From NCBI RefSeq assembly GCF_017876815.1, contig NZ_JAGIOS010000003.1, positions 1,170,001 through 1,202,000 of the forward strand: 32,000 nt of DNA. Reading direction: 5' to 3'. Source of the stretch: Sinorhizobium meliloti. Lineage in GTDB: Bacteria > Pseudomonadota > Alphaproteobacteria > Rhizobiales > Rhizobiaceae. Both the position numbers and the translations under genes were made by a program. Under the pieces are notes generated by a model, which made no database searches, had not been told where the DNA came from, and saw only the letters and a program-made list of their open reading frames with translations. This document shows positions 9,180-19,173 of this stretch, piece after piece. Position 1 is the stretch's first letter, and each line of letters opens with the position of its first letter.

Positions 9180-9572
9180 ATGAAACCGGCGACAATATTG
9201 CTTGCCGATGATGAAGCGCTGCTCCTTTTGGATTACGAGGCTGCCCTTGCCGAGGCGGGGTTCGTCGTTGTGGCGGTAGCCAGCGGAGGGAAGGCGATAG
9301 AGGTTTTGAGGTCCGCAGACTCCGAAATAGCAGGGGTGGTAACCGATATTCGGTTTTTTGGACTTCCCGACGGTTGGAGCGTCGCACGTGTTGCCCGTGA
9401 GATTGATCCTGATATGCCGGTCGTCTACGTCACCGGACATGGCGCTCTCGAGTGGCCCTCAAGGGGTGTCGCGAACAGCATCTTGCTCGAAAAGCCCTTC
9501 GCTCTCGCACAACTGGTGACGGCCGTATCCCAGCTGCTCAACGCACCCCGTGCTCCTCAGTGTGGCGCCTGA
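9180..9572 (+). CDS. Stand-alone response-regulator receiver (CheY-like) domain protein
   Basis: 130 aa with strong GAGGAGG 5 nt upstream. Acidic pocket LLADDE, candidate phospho-acceptor in VVTDIRF, conserved T (VYVTGH) and K (LEKPF). No output domain and no cognate kinase in the window. Confidence 0.8.
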   Translation: MKPATILLADDEALLLLDYEAALAEAGFVVVAVASGGKAIEVLRSADSEIAGVVTDIRFFGLPDGWSVARVAREIDPDMPVVYVTGHGALEWPSRGVANSILLEKPFALAQLVTAVSQLLNAPRAPQCGA

Positions 9573-9641
9573 TCCGCAGCCCCGGAGCTAGCACAGATTA
9601 TTCCCAGTCAGTTCTGGCGCAAATGGACAATTCCTGGCTCT

Positions 9642-9854
9642 CTAGGCCGCCGCTCTGAGCATTTCGCGCAAGCTGTCCTTGTTCCTGACGCCCCTTTGAC
9701 AAAGCTCTATTAGCCTAGCTGCCAGAACGGTCGCCTCAGGGCAATCATAGGTCATTCTTCTGGCTTTGATCTCCTCGTCGAACAGGCTCTGCAGCAATTT
9801 GATATCGCTCGGAGTGAGAATCCTAGGATCGATTGCATGGAACTGAGAGGTCAT
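9642..9854 (-). CDS. Hypothetical 70-aa protein
   Basis: Internal ATG at 9854 of ORF 9642..10076, preceded by GGAGA about 8 nt upstream. The upstream part of the long ORF looks non-coding. Sequence MTSQFHAIDPRILTPSDIKLLQSLF... has weak resemblance to the 11104..11391 product. Confidence 0.45.
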   Translation of the reverse strand: MTSQFHAIDPRILTPSDIKLLQSLFDEEIKARRMTYDCPEATVLAARLIELCQRGVRNKDSLREMLRAAA

Positions 9855-10026
9855 TGGCCGATCTCCTCTCTGGGGGCGTAATTGCGGAAACTCCGCAGGG
9901 CGCCCCGGGTAAATTCGGCAGTGCAACGAGCATTGTAGACCGAAGAATGGCGATTGCGAGTCGCGAAAATTCACGGCACGGCTGATAAGCAGTGATCCGA
10001 TCAACATCTCGTGCGTTATTGGCTTC

Positions 10027-10950
10027 ATGGCCAAAGCACCTTCAAAGAAGCCATCCTCAGAGCCGTCTGATCCCATGCCGGCGCGTGTCTATCCCTGCCT
10101 TGCGACGCTCGTCGATAAGCCGCCGACCGGGCAGGACTGGGCCTACGAGGTGAAGTGGGCCGGCTACCGGCTGGCCGTGCACATCGAGCCCGGCTAGGTG
10201 AGAATTCTCACGCGCGGCGGCTACGACTGGACCGACAGGCTCCCGTCGATTGCTGACGACGCGCGACGGCTCGCCGTGCAGACGGCCATAATCGACGGAG
10301 AGGCTGTCGTGCTCGATGAAAAGCATGCTCCAGCGAGCCTTGGGCCGTCTGCCGTCTATCCTCGAAGCGGGCGCCATCGTCTGCTATGCCTTCGACCTGC
10401 TCTATCTCAACGACGCGACGTTCGCCGGCTGCCGCTGCGGGAGCGCCGGAGACTGCTGCAACCGATCATCGCCAGACAGGAAGCGGCGGTTCGGTGTTCT
10501 GAGGAAGGCGATGCGGGGGCGAAGATTTCCTCCGTGCCGCGTGCGCGCACGGCCTCGAAGGCATGATCGCCAAGCATGTCGAGAAGGCCCATCGTTCCGG
10601 CCGGGGCGAGTGGTGGCGAAAGATCGCCTGCAAAAGTCGAAATAGCTTTGTGGTGATCGGCTTCGAGCCGTCGACTGTGCAGGCCATCTCGGTCGGCTTG
10701 TGCTCGCCGCCGGAAGGGCGGAGCTCTGGTTTATGTCGGCGGCTGATTACCGGCTGGTCGAACCAACTGTCGCGCGAGCTGCGTAACCTGCTCGAAGGAA
10801 TGGTGACGAAAACGCCAGCGTTGGCCCTGAGGCGGATAGGCGCCGTCTTCGTGGAGCCGGTGCTCGTCGCAAAAGTCGAGTATCGGGCCTGGACCGATGA
10901 CGGAAATTGCAAGCATGCGTCCTTTAAGGGGAGAAGGCCGCGAGAGGATG
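10027..10950 (+). pseudogene. ATP-dependent DNA ligase (LigD/Lig-type adenylation + OB domains), disrupted
   Basis: Recognisable ligase segments are spread over three frames. They read MAKAPSKK...WAYEVKWAGYRLAVHIEPG, then an in-frame TAG at 10195..10197, then VRILTRGGYDWTDRLPSIADDARRLAVQTAIIDGEAVVLDE. These are followed by IVCYAFDLLYLN (+1 frame), LPLRERRRLLQPII (frame 0), and EDFLRAACAHGLEGMIAKHVEKAHRSGRGEWWRKI, FVVIGFEP and LVAKVEYRAWTDDGNCKHASFKG (+2 frame). The adenylation motif KxDG reads KWAG. Confidence 0.8.
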
Positions 10951-11103
10951 GCCCCCTCTTTTCGGGATGGGCTAGATCTTGTGACAACCTAGAGGGCGTT
11001 GCCAACCGTAAGCCGAAGGCGCAAGGTCCAACCTTCAGTAGAAATGTCACGGGCGCTGCTGCTTAAGGGCTAAAAGCCTTGGCCCCCTTTGAAGGAGCAC
11101 GCA

Positions 11104-11391
11104 ATGTCTTCCAACGTATCCATCATGTCACCTTCGGACCTGCAATTCATCAGGTCAGTTTTGGGCGAAGCCGGCTATAACGCCAAACTTCTCGTTGACG
11201 ATCCTCGATCTTTTGAAACGGCCGAATTGCTCGTAACTAAGTTGTTCCTGGCGGGTGAAGACTCCCGACCGGGCCTGGCGGCGAAGCTAGAGTGTCAGTT
11301 GGGCAAGGCTGGCAGGTACAGACGGCCTCCCGGGTCGTCGCTGGCGCGGTATGCAATCCAAGGTCTTCCAAGCGAGCTACAATTTTCATAA
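11104..11391 (+). CDS. Hypothetical 95-aa protein
   Basis: GAAGGAG lies 6 nt upstream of the ATG at 11104. Sequence MSSNVSIMSPSDLQFIRSVLGEAG... No family recognised. Confidence 0.45.
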   Translation: MSSNVSIMSPSDLQFIRSVLGEAGYNAKLLVDDPRSFETAELLVTKLFLAGEDSRPGLAAKLECQLGKAGRYRRPPGSSLARYAIQGLPSELQFS

Positions 11392-11562
11392 GCACGACGA
11401 TGCCCGGAACGATCGTAGCCCGGTTTGCAAGTTGTAGAACAGCCCAAGAATGCGCAACTCGCGGTTTCCAATTCACGAAGCGTTCCGCGCTTTATCGTGT
11501 CGTTGTTAGGACCGATTGGAAACCACATTTCGCTCCACCCCTTCGTAGAACCGCCGCACCGC

Positions 11563-11853
11563 TCATTCCTTTCCATCCAACTCAATCTTCAGCGTTCTGA
11601 TGATGTCGGCCGCGTCCAGCATGACGTCTCTGGTCTCCGCGGGAGATAGGTCACGGGCGCGTGACGAGGCCAACTGGAGATCAATCACAACGTCTCGGGC
11701 GCGGTGGCTGGCAGCAATGCTAGCCTGCCTGCGCATATCACGGATCGTGTCAACCGAACGATCCAGCAGCCGGCTGATCTCATAGGGCGTAAGTCTTTCG
11801 ACCTCGTTCGCGGCTCTGATCAGTTCGGCAATGAATGCGGTCGTGAGGCTCAT
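11563..11853 (-). CDS. Hypothetical 96-aa protein
   Basis: The ATG at 11853 (MSLTTAFIAELIRAANEVERL...) overlaps the TGA of the upstream ORF in an ATGA arrangement, suggesting translational coupling. The protein looks helical and charged. Confidence 0.45.
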   Translation of the reverse strand: MSLTTAFIAELIRAANEVERLTPYEISRLLDRSVDTIRDMRRQASIAASHRARDVVIDLQLASSRARDLSPAETRDVMLDAADIIRTLKIELDGKE

Positions 11854-12170
11854 GGTCTTCTGACGCCGGCCCCATGCGGAGCGTTTCGAGCGGCTGTTTT
11901 CTCCGCCATCTTCGCTCGGAATTTCTCTCCCAAGCGCGGTACAGCATCCACTCCGAGATTCATTACTCGGTCCAGGTCCTCCCGATACCAGAATTTCCGC
12001 GTGGCGCTTTCCAATACGCATGGCTCCGGATAGGCGGTTCCTACGGGCTCGAGGAAGTCCTCGACGTGCTTTTCGCTGACGCAGCCCGCCGCCATTTCTG
12101 CCGTCATCCGCGGCGGCCAACTACTCGGCGGTACAATGGCTGCGCGATGCTTTCTATTCGAGATAGCCAT
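11850..12170 (-). CDS. Hypothetical protein, possibly excisionase/AlpA-like DNA-binding protein
   Basis: MAISNRKHRAAIVPPSSWPPRMTAEMAAGCVSEKHVEDFLEPVGTAYPEPCVLESATRKFWYREDLDRVMN resembles the short HTH proteins (...R.W.REDLD...) found at the ends of integrative elements. The start is uncertain (ORF track 11850..12332) and the family assignment is from memory only. Confidence 0.35.
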   Translation of the reverse strand: MAISNRKHRAAIVPPSSWPPRMTAEMAAGCVSEKHVEDFLEPVGTAYPEPCVLESATRKFWYREDLDRVMNLGVDAVPRLGEKFRAKMAEKTAARNAPHGAGVRRP

Positions 12171-12374
12171 CAAAGCACCGGGGACTTCGGTCGATGGGCG
12201 CTTAAGTTGCGCATTGCCATATGCCCCGCCTTCCTTAGATTTCATCTGGGCGGCCGTGCCGGCCACGTGCGAGCTCGCCTTGATGAACCCTCGCTCCTTC
12301 CAATTTCTTCTGGCAGGGACGCAACCTCGCACATGCCTTTACGGATCAGACCTTCTAAGTATTGAAAGGGATGT

Positions 12375-14375
12375 TCAAGAGCCGGCGCGATAGAATTTGA
12401 AGTCCGGACGCCCCACCGGGGACGAGTCTCTTCCCTCATCTGCCTCAGGAACGTGCCCTTCGTAAAGATCGAGCCTGTGCGGGTTAACCCGGCGCACGTC
12501 GCCATGCCGGAGCGTCACTCCCTGACGATCGAAGAATTCCAGGATCTCGATCGCCACCTTTCTACCGTTGTTGACACGGTCGCGGAAGAGACCTGCGGAA
12601 AATTCACCCCGCTCGGCATTGGCCGCGACTTGCCTGATGATTGCGACCATTTCCGCTGTCGTCTGACGGGTGAAGAAATGGTCATGCCGAATCTGGTCGA
12701 CGCGGCCGAGCCGTGCACAAAGTTTGAGGATGCGGCGTATCTCTCGCTCGTCTACGCCCAGCGTTTCGGCGAAATCGCGGACTCGAGGCGGACGGAATCT
12801 CTCCTCGCCTTCCAGATGCGGAAGGATTCGTGCATAGAGCTCCTCCTCCTTCTCGCTCAACCGGACCTCGTGACCCGGCAATCGGACGAAGGCGCCTTCG
12901 AGCACCAGGCGCCCGCCCGTCTGTTCGGTCCTAAGCGCAACCAGAAAGGCCGGCGGAGGAAGTCGTGGCGTGACCTGCAGCCGAAGGCGCTCGCGACCGA
13001 TCCCCTGCAGATCGGGGTTCTCCACATGAAAGGCGCTCAATACGCGCTGGACCTCGTCGGAAAATGCGACTCGCTGGCGCTTCGACAGCGCATGGCGCAC
13101 CGCCAGGCCCTCGATGAGTTCGGCCGAGGCAAACATGAGCGCGTTCTGCAGTTCCGGCTCGGACAGGGCCCGGTCGCGTGCAAAGACGTCAAGATCGACA
13201 AGAAATGGCGGAACATCCAGCAATGCCGCAAGCGCTTCGCCAGCATGGGACAGAGATGCGGCTTTCAAGAAGCTCAGCCGCTGGGGAGAGCGCCGCTTGC
13301 GCAGGGGCGCCCGCAGATCCAGGAGCCGTCCTCCACCGATCGTGCGCCGGGCTGAAACGTCGCGCAGTATGAACCGGTCGCCGACAGCAGCCGCGATCGG
13401 ACGGTCGAGCACGAGTTGAACCCGCCGCCGCTCGCCCGGCAACAGCGGTCCCTCGAGCGGCACGATACGAACACCGGTCTCGGCGCTCGCGTGGTGAAAG
13501 CGGGCCGAAAACCATTCCCCGATCGGCTTCGTCTCACTTTCAAGCACAGAAAGATCCGCGTCGAGCCTGTCGCTCGGCGCGTGCAGATGGGGATCGACCA
13601 CCATGTCGCCTCGGGTGATTGCGTTCTTCGAGATCCCCTCGCCCGCAAGGTTGAGTGCACAGCGTTGCCCGGCAAAGCCGCGCTCGGCCCTCTGGTTCTG
13701 AGCATGTATGGAACGTACGCGCGCAGCGCGACCCGCTGGCGAGACCGTCACCTGGTCGCCCACGCCGACGGACCCTGAAAGCACGGTTCCAGTGACCACG
13801 GTTCCGGCGCCCGAGAGCGTGAAGCTTCGATCGACGGCGAGCCGGAAACGGCCACCGGCAGTCGATGCCACGGTCGCACGCTCGGCAGCCGCCAGGCGTG
13901 CCTTCAACAATTCAATCCCCTGCCCCGCCGCCGCAGAGACGGGAAGTATCTCCGCATCGCGGAGGCTCGTCGACGAAAGCACCGCTCCTATTTCATCCGT
14001 CAGGCTCTCGAGGCGGTCAGGATCGGCAAGGTCTGCTTTTGTGATCGCGACCAGTCCGCGGCTGACGCCGAGCAGATCGAGGATCGCGAGATGTTCGAGC
14101 GTCTGGGGTTTGATGCCATCGTCTGCCGCAACGACCAGCATGGCATAGTCGATGCCGCCCGCGCCGGCGAGCATGGTATGAATGAAGCGCTCGTGACCGG
14201 GGACGTCGACAAATCCGGTAACTGCGTCCTTTGCAAACCGGGCATAGGCAAAGCCGAGATCGATGGTGATGCCGCGCGCCTTTTCTTCCTTGAGGCGATC
14301 GGTGTCGACACCGGTCAGTGCCTTGACGAGCGTCGTCTTGCCATGATCGATATGCCCGGCCGTGCCGACGATCAT
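12375..14375 (-). CDS. selB: Selenocysteine-specific translation elongation factor
   Basis: GTPase motifs [17 protein letters not shown] and TKADL, EF-Tu-like domains II/III, and a long C-terminal winged-helix extension (666 aa). The last ~20 codons are read from the tRNA-Sec relic and island junction. Confidence 0.92.
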   Translation of the reverse strand: MIVGTAGHIDHGKTTLVKALTGVDTDRLKEEKARGITIDLGFAYARFAKDAVTGFVDVPGHERFIHTMLAGAGGIDYAMLVVAADDGIKPQTLEHLAILDLLGVSRGLVAITKADLADPDRLESLTDEIGAVLSSTSLRDAEILPVSAAAGQGIELLKARLAAAERATVASTAGGRFRLAVDRSFTLSGAGTVVTGTVLSGSVGVGDQVTVSPAGRAARVRSIHAQNQRAERGFAGQRCALNLAGEGISKNAITRGDMVVDPHLHAPSDRLDADLSVLESETKPIGEWFSARFHHASAETGVRIVPLEGPLLPGERRRVQLVLDRPIAAAVGDRFILRDVSARRTIGGGRLLDLRAPLRKRRSPQRLSFLKAASLSHAGEALAALLDVPPFLVDLDVFARDRALSEPELQNALMFASAELIEGLAVRHALSKRQRVAFSDEVQRVLSAFHVENPDLQGIGRERLRLQVTPRLPPPAFLVALRTEQTGGRLVLEGAFVRLPGHEVRLSEKEEELYARILPHLEGEERFRPPRVRDFAETLGVDEREIRRILKLCARLGRVDQIRHDHFFTRQTTAEMVAIIRQVAANAERGEFSAGLFRDRVNNGRKVAIEILEFFDRQGVTLRHGDVRRVNPHRLDLYEGHVPEADEGRDSSPVGRPDFKFYRAGS
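12395..12434 (-). repeat. Relic 5' half of a second tRNA-Sec (att-like partial copy)
   Basis: The minus strand GGAAGAGACTCGTCCCCGGTGGGGCGTCCGGACTTCAAAT aligns without gaps to nt 1-40 of the intact selC (34/40 identical). Identity ends immediately after the anticodon loop. The following sequence (TCTATCGC) cannot form the 3' anticodon stem. Confidence 0.8.
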
Positions 14376-15166
14376 GGCGCCCGCCTTGAAAGCGGCTCTT
14401 GCGCCCGACGTTCCGCTTCCTGGATCTCCGCCGGCGAAAGGCTGTCACGAACCGGTCCCATGAAGGGCTTTGCCAGGGTGCTGCCGCCTTCCGTCGCCCG
14501 GATCAGCCAGACCAAGGCAGTCACACCATTGCGTATCGTGCCCGCCCCCATATGGCAGGCCGCTCCCAGCATGGCCTGGGCGTCTGCGTCGCCCCTCTCT
14601 GCAGCCTTCAGCCACCAGTAGACGGCCTTTTGCGCATCGCGTTCGACACCGAGTGCGTTGTGGTGGAGCATGCCGAGCCGCGTCATCGAGGACGCGATGC
14701 CGGCCTCGGCGGCACATTCCGCCCAGCGTCGCGCCTCGAGCGGGTCGGCCGTCATGATCTCGCCTTCCAGCAGCAGCCAGCTCAACATGTCCTGGGCCGG
14801 CGCGTCGCCCTTTTCAGCGGCGCGTCGATAATATTCGGCTGCGATGCCGTAGTCGGCATCGGTGCCGGCGAGCCCTTGCATGTGCAGGGCGGCATAGTTG
14901 CGTTGCCCGACGGGATCCCCGGCTTCGGCCGCCAGGCGCAGCCATTTGCACGCCAGTTCTCGATTCTCCGGCACCCCGAGCCCTTCTGCGAAGCAGGCGC
15001 CGATATTGTTCTGCGCCCGCGCGACGCCGGCACGCGCCAGAGGCTCCCAGATGCGCAGCGCCGACCCGTAGTCGCCGGCTTGGGCGCGTGCCAGGGCCTC
15101 GGCCATCGGATCGGCCACAGGCGCCGTCTGGGGCTTATTGCCTCGAAGGCGTTCAAGCCACCGCAT
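14372..15166 (-). CDS. Sel1-like repeat (SLR/TPR-like) protein, cytoplasmic, embedded between selA and selB
   Basis: About six SLR units ([47 protein letters not shown]..., [24 protein letters not shown]..., [24 protein letters not shown]..., [25 protein letters not shown]...). No signal peptide. The ATG at 15166 overlaps the selA 3' end by 14 nt, and its stop overlaps the selB ATG (ATGA at 14372..14375). The longer track ORF (to 15325) would overlap selA extensively. Confidence 0.8.
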   Translation of the reverse strand: MRWLERLRGNKPQTAPVADPMAEALARAQAGDYGSALRIWEPLARAGVARAQNNIGACFAEGLGVPENRELACKWLRLAAEAGDPVGQRNYAALHMQGLAGTDADYGIAAEYYRRAAEKGDAPAQDMLSWLLLEGEIMTADPLEARRWAECAAEAGIASSMTRLGMLHHNALGVERDAQKAVYWWLKAAERGDADAQAMLGAACHMGAGTIRNGVTALVWLIRATEGGSTLAKPFMGPVRDSLSPAEIQEAERRAQEPLSRRAP

Positions 15167-16553
15167 CGCCGCTACCCTCGGACAGGGTTTTGAGGAATTC
15201 CGCCTCATCGGACAGACAGCGCAGGTCCAGAACCAGCGCACCATCCCGCAGGCGCCCCAGGATCGGGCGGGACAGAGACCGGAACAGAGCTGCGAGCGCT
15301 TCGAGTGCGCTCCCGCTCGACCCAACGATCCTCAGGCCGGCGCTCGGGATCGTGTCTACGGGAAGCGCCCCGGAGCCTATCTGGCTCGAACAGCTGCAGA
15401 CCTCGACAGCGTAACCGCTCGGCGCCAGCATCGCGCCGACCTGCGGCGCGAGCCGCTCCGCCTGTGCCCGCACTTCCGCTTGCACGCGGGACAGCATGAA
15501 AAGTGTCGGCAGGCGCGAAGCCAGCCGATCCGGATCGCGATAGAGCTTCAAGGTAGCAGCCGTCGCCGCGATACGGATCTTGTCGACACGCAGCGCCCGC
15601 TTCAGCGGATTGCGGTTGATCTCGGCGATCAGGTCCCTGCGCCCGACGATGAAACCCGCCTGCGGACCGCCCAGCAGCTTGTCGCCGGAAAAGGTGACCA
15701 GATCGGCTCCTTCGGCGACTGCCTCTCGCACCGTCGGCTCCCTGCCGAGACCATAACGCGACAGGTCGACCAGGCTGCCCGAACCGAGATCGTTGAGAAG
15801 CACCACACCTCTTTCATGGGCGATTGCCGCAAGCTCGGCACCCGGGACCTCCGCGGTGAAGCCCTCGATCCTGTAATTCGACGTATGGACCTTGAGGATC
15901 AAAGCCGTCTCAGGCCCGATCGCCTTGACGTAGTCCTTCGCGTGGGTGCGGTTGGTCGTGCCCACTTCGACCAGATCGACGCCGGCGCGCTCCATGATGT
16001 CCGGCATGCGGAAAGCGCCGCCGATCTCGATCAATTCACCCCGCGAAACGATCGCCTGACGCCCGGCACCGACCGAGTTGAGAGCGATCAGGACAGCCGC
16101 GGCATTGTTGTTGACGACGGTGGCATCCTCCGCTCCCGTCAGCTCGCACAGCAGTTCCCGCAAATGGCTGTCGCGTTCGCCGCGCCCACCGGAATCGAGA
16201 TCGAATTCAAGCGCGGCCGCTTCGCGCATTGCATCGACGGCGGCATCGACCGCCTCCTGCGCAAGCAGCGCCCGGCCGAGATTGGTATGAAGCACCGTCC
16301 CCGTCAGATTGAACAGCGGGCGAAGGTTCGAGCGGCTGCGGTCATCGAGCCGGCTCAGCAGAGCGGCAACAATGCCATCCTTGCCTGGCAGCGCCCCACC
16401 GCTCCGCACGGCAAGGCGGACTTCGCCCAGTACTTTGCGCAGTTCGTCCGTCACCACGGCGCGGCCATGCTGCTCCACAAGCGGCGACACGGCCGCCGCG
16501 TTCAGCATCTGGTCGACGGAGGGCAAGGCACGAAGATCGACAGGTCCCGACAT
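15153..16553 (-). CDS. selA: L-seryl-tRNA(Sec) selenium transferase
   Basis: 466 aa with the PLP-lysine context [13 protein letters not shown]. The N-terminal tRNA-binding region is LPSVDQMLN. The start lies 4 nt after the fdhE stop. Confidence 0.92.
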   Translation of the reverse strand: MSGPVDLRALPSVDQMLNAAAVSPLVEQHGRAVVTDELRKVLGEVRLAVRSGGALPGKDGIVAALLSRLDDRSRSNLRPLFNLTGTVLHTNLGRALLAQEAVDAAVDAMREAAALEFDLDSGGRGERDSHLRELLCELTGAEDATVVNNNAAAVLIALNSVGAGRQAIVSRGELIEIGGAFRMPDIMERAGVDLVEVGTTNRTHAKDYVKAIGPETALILKVHTSNYRIEGFTAEVPGAELAAIAHERGVVLLNDLGSGSLVDLSRYGLGREPTVREAVAEGADLVTFSGDKLLGGPQAGFIVGRRDLIAEINRNPLKRALRVDKIRIAATAATLKLYRDPDRLASRLPTLFMLSRVQAEVRAQAERLAPQVGAMLAPSGYAVEVCSCSSQIGSGALPVDTIPSAGLRIVGSSGSALEALAALFRSLSRPILGRLRDGALVLDLRCLSDEAEFLKTLSEGSGDAVA

Positions 16554-16557
16554 TGGA

Positions 16558-17478
16558 TCAATAGCCCATCAGGAACGGGTCAAAGCCCGCCCGCTTGTAT
16601 TCCGTGTCCTTCATCAACAGGTCGAGCCCGAGGCTCGCAACATCATCGGCGACGACGTCGAGCGAAGGGTTCTTGTTCTGGTAGAGGATCTTCATCCAGC
16701 TGTTGCAGGTGTCGCAGACTTCCGCCTTGACCGTCGCCTCTTCGTCTCCCGTCTCGACGGCCTGGTAGCCGATGCCCTTCGTGGAACCGCAGGCGAGACA
16801 TTTGACCCGAACCTCATTCCACATCGTGGCGCAGCAGGAACATGAGGCATAGCGCGCGCCCTCGGCACCATGAAAGCCGATGACCATGGATGCGACCGGC
16901 CTGCCGCCGCAGGCGGGACAGACCCCTACCCGGATCGGCACGAGCCTGCTGCCGTCGAGACCGGCAGCGAGGCGCGCCGCCTGGATTTGCATTGCGGCAG
17001 CAACGTAAAGGTGGTGAGCGAGGCTCTCGACGGGCAGGTCGTCAGCCATGACGTTGCCGATCATCCAGGTCAGCATTTCCTCATCCGCCGTCCGGACCTG
17101 TGCAAGCGCTTCTGCGGCGGCAGCCGGCTTCTCCAGGGCTTCAGCCTTCTCAAAAAATTGCTGCAACACTTCGCGGCAATCCGGCGACCCCCCCATCGCT
17201 GCGCGATCGATGGGGGGCATGGCATTCGCACGCGCACGCTCAACCCGATCGGCCGGGACCGGCTCCGGCGGCGGCAATGCGGATACGAGCTCGCTCTGGA
17301 TTCGCGTGATCCCCGCCAGGAAATTGAGATAGGGAGCGAGGTGGCTGCCTTGGGCGAGTGCCTCGAAGCGACTGGCGCGATCGTTGAAGAGGCGTGCCAA
17401 ATTCGGCTTCAGGACAAACGGTGCCTTGGGAACGCCGCCGATCACCGATGGATCGGGCTGTACAGGGGATACGGACAT
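16558..17478 (-). CDS. fdhE: Formate dehydrogenase accessory protein FdhE
   Basis: Starts at the ATG at 17478 ([10 protein letters not shown]...) with GAGG upstream. Four Cys pairs are present: CPACGG, CSCC, CLACGS, CDTC. The 516-aa track ORF is an artefactual 5' extension over fdoI. Confidence 0.88.
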   Translation of the reverse strand: MSVSPVQPDPSVIGGVPKAPFVLKPNLARLFNDRASRFEALAQGSHLAPYLNFLAGITRIQSELVSALPPPEPVPADRVERARANAMPPIDRAAMGGSPDCREVLQQFFEKAEALEKPAAAAEALAQVRTADEEMLTWMIGNVMADDLPVESLAHHLYVAAAMQIQAARLAAGLDGSRLVPIRVGVCPACGGRPVASMVIGFHGAEGARYASCSCCATMWNEVRVKCLACGSTKGIGYQAVETGDEEATVKAEVCDTCNSWMKILYQNKNPSLDVVADDVASLGLDLLMKDTEYKRAGFDPFLMGY

Positions 17479-17516
17479 TTCACCTCGCGGGCCGACCGGC
17501 CACAGCTCGTTTCCGG

Positions 17517-18203
17517 TTATTCTGCAGGATCGATCCGGCCGCGTCCAGCCAGTTCCTTGAGCCACTTGCGATGGTGCCGCCACGCCCAGCCACCGGTGAC
17601 CGAGCCCTTCGTCATCGCGCGGAACGTCCCGCGGGTCCAGAAGGCCGCATAGACATGAACGATGAAGACGCAGATGATCAGCACCGCCGCCACGGCATGG
17701 GCGAGCACCGCAAAGCGCTTCGTCTCGATCGACGTATAGCTGTAGAAGTACTGATCCCAGATGATGACGCCGGTTATGATCAACGCGACGATCAGCAAGG
17801 CCATTGCCCAGAAGATCACCTTCTGGCCGGCATTGTACTTGCCCATTTCCGGCAAGCGGTCCTCGTGCCCGCCGATCACGTCGCGAATGCCCGTGAACCA
17901 GCCCATGTCCGCTCTGGTGAAGAGGTTGGCCTTCCAGAGCTGGAAGAAGAAAATGTAGAAACTGAAGAAAAGCACCACGCCGATCCACGGGTGCAGCATG
18001 CGCGTGTTCTGCCCCCCACCGAACAGGCCGGTCAGGAAAAACAGGGACGGGTGGAACATTGCAAGGCCGGAAAGCGCCAGCAGGATCAGGCTGGAGGCCG
18101 TGATCCAATGATTAACGCGCTTGCCCGGCCCATAGCGGTCGACTGTGACCGGCGGTCCGCGATGGATGGCATCTTCCGGTTCAAGATCGCTGGCCTTTGT
18201 CAT
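17517..18203 (-). CDS. fdoI: Formate dehydrogenase-N/O type, cytochrome b556 gamma subunit
   Basis: Four predicted TM helices with conserved His residues ([23 protein letters not shown]). The ATG at 18203 is preceded by GGGAGGA and overlaps the fdoH 3' end by 23 nt. Confidence 0.85.
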   Translation of the reverse strand: MTKASDLEPEDAIHRGPPVTVDRYGPGKRVNHWITASSLILLALSGLAMFHPSLFFLTGLFGGGQNTRMLHPWIGVVLFFSFYIFFFQLWKANLFTRADMGWFTGIRDVIGGHEDRLPEMGKYNAGQKVIFWAMALLIVALIITGVIIWDQYFYSYTSIETKRFAVLAHAVAAVLIICVFIVHVYAAFWTRGTFRAMTKGSVTGGWAWRHHRKWLKELAGRGRIDPAE

Positions 18204-19173
18204 CAGGCGTCCTCCCTGCGGCTCCGGCGCTATCGACGAGCCTTTCCGCACTCTCTTCGTCTTCCGGCTGCACACGATTGGCCCGGCCGAAGACGCCGTG
18301 GAGAATTGCCCCGGCGGCCACGAGACCCATTGCGGCGAGACCTGTGTATTTGGTCACACCCTTCCATGCCTGGACCACGGCGGAAATCTTCGGATCGTCG
18401 GGCAGATCGGAGTAGATGTGCGGCTTGTCGTTGTGATGCAGCACATACATCACATGCGTGCCGCCTACGCCCGGCGGATCGTAAAGGCCTGCATTCGTAT
18501 AACCGCGGGATTTGAGATCGGCGATGCGGTGTTCCGCATGCTTCTTCATATCCTCCTTCGTGCCGAACACGATCGCGTGGGTCGGACAGGCCTTGGCACA
18601 GGCCGGTCCCTGGCCGACGGCGACCCGATCGGAACAGAGGGTGCATTTGTAGGCGCGGTGATCGACTTTCGAGATGCGCGGAATGTTGAAGGGACAGCCC
18701 TTTATGCAATAGCCGCAGCCAATGCAGTTCTCGTGAACGAAATCCACGATGCCGTTCGAATACTGGACGATTGCGCCCGGCGCCGGGCAGGCTTTCAGGC
18801 ACCCCGGATCGGCGCAGTGCATGCAGCCGTCCTTGCGGATGAGCCATTCGAGATTGTCGGTCTCGGGATTGACCCACTCGGTAAAGCGCATGAGCGTGAA
18901 CATGTCCTCGGTGAGGTCATGGGGGTTGGTATAGTAGCCGACGTTTTCGCCGATCCCCGGATGCGTATCGTTCCACTCGACGCACGCAGACTGGCAGGCC
19001 TTGCAGCCGATGCACTTTGAGACGTCGATCAGCTTGGCGACGGGCGTGAGCTGCCGCTCGGGCGGCGGCAGCTCGGTGGTTGCCGAGCGGCGTACGAGAT
19101 CCCGCTCGGTAAGGTTGCTTTCCATCGGCTGGACCGGCGGATTGCTGACGGCGGTGCGAGGACTGTCCATCAT
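18181..19173 (-). CDS. fdoH: Formate dehydrogenase-N/O type, iron-sulfur beta subunit
   Basis: Four ferredoxin-type clusters: [58 protein letters not shown]. There is a C-terminal membrane anchor. The ATG overlaps the fdoG TGA (ATGA). Confidence 0.92.
   Translation of the reverse strand: MMDSPRTAVSNPPVQPMESNLTERDLVRRSATTELPPPERQLTPVAKLIDVSKCIGCKACQSACVEWNDTHPGIGENVGYYTNPHDLTEDMFTLMRFTEWVNPETDNLEWLIRKDGCMHCADPGCLKACPAPGAIVQYSNGIVDFVHENCIGCGYCIKGCPFNIPRISKVDHRAYKCTLCSDRVAVGQGPACAKACPTHAIVFGTKEDMKKHAEHRIADLKSRGYTNAGLYDPPGVGGTHVMYVLHHNDKPHIYSDLPDDPKISAVVQAWKGVTKYTGLAAMGLVAAGAILHGVFGRANRVQPEDEESAERLVDSAGAAGRTPDDKGQRS

Larger units (their letters stand above)
8515..12394. mobile_element. Decayed integrative-element/genomic-island remnant inserted in the selC locus
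   Basis: It is bounded by the intact tRNA-Sec and a 40-nt tRNA-Sec 5'-half relic. It contains an integrase C-terminal fragment, an excisionase-like ORF, a multiply disrupted ligase and an orphan receiver. It is visibly more AT-rich than the flanks, and it interrupts an otherwise contiguous selB-selC arrangement. Confidence 0.55.

Noticed and set aside
9642-10076. Full 144-aa version of the minus-strand ORF
   Set aside because: The upstream 74 codons overlap the start of the ligase pseudogene and lack an RBS. The internal ATG at 9854 has a good GGAGA RBS, so only the 70-aa version is reported.
16558-18108. 516-aa ORF suggesting a very long FdhE
   Set aside because: Only the last ~306 residues, from [10 protein letters not shown] at 17478, look like FdhE and have an RBS. 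The N-terminal extension overlaps fdoI in another frame and has an Arg/Gly/His-rich, non-protein-like composition.
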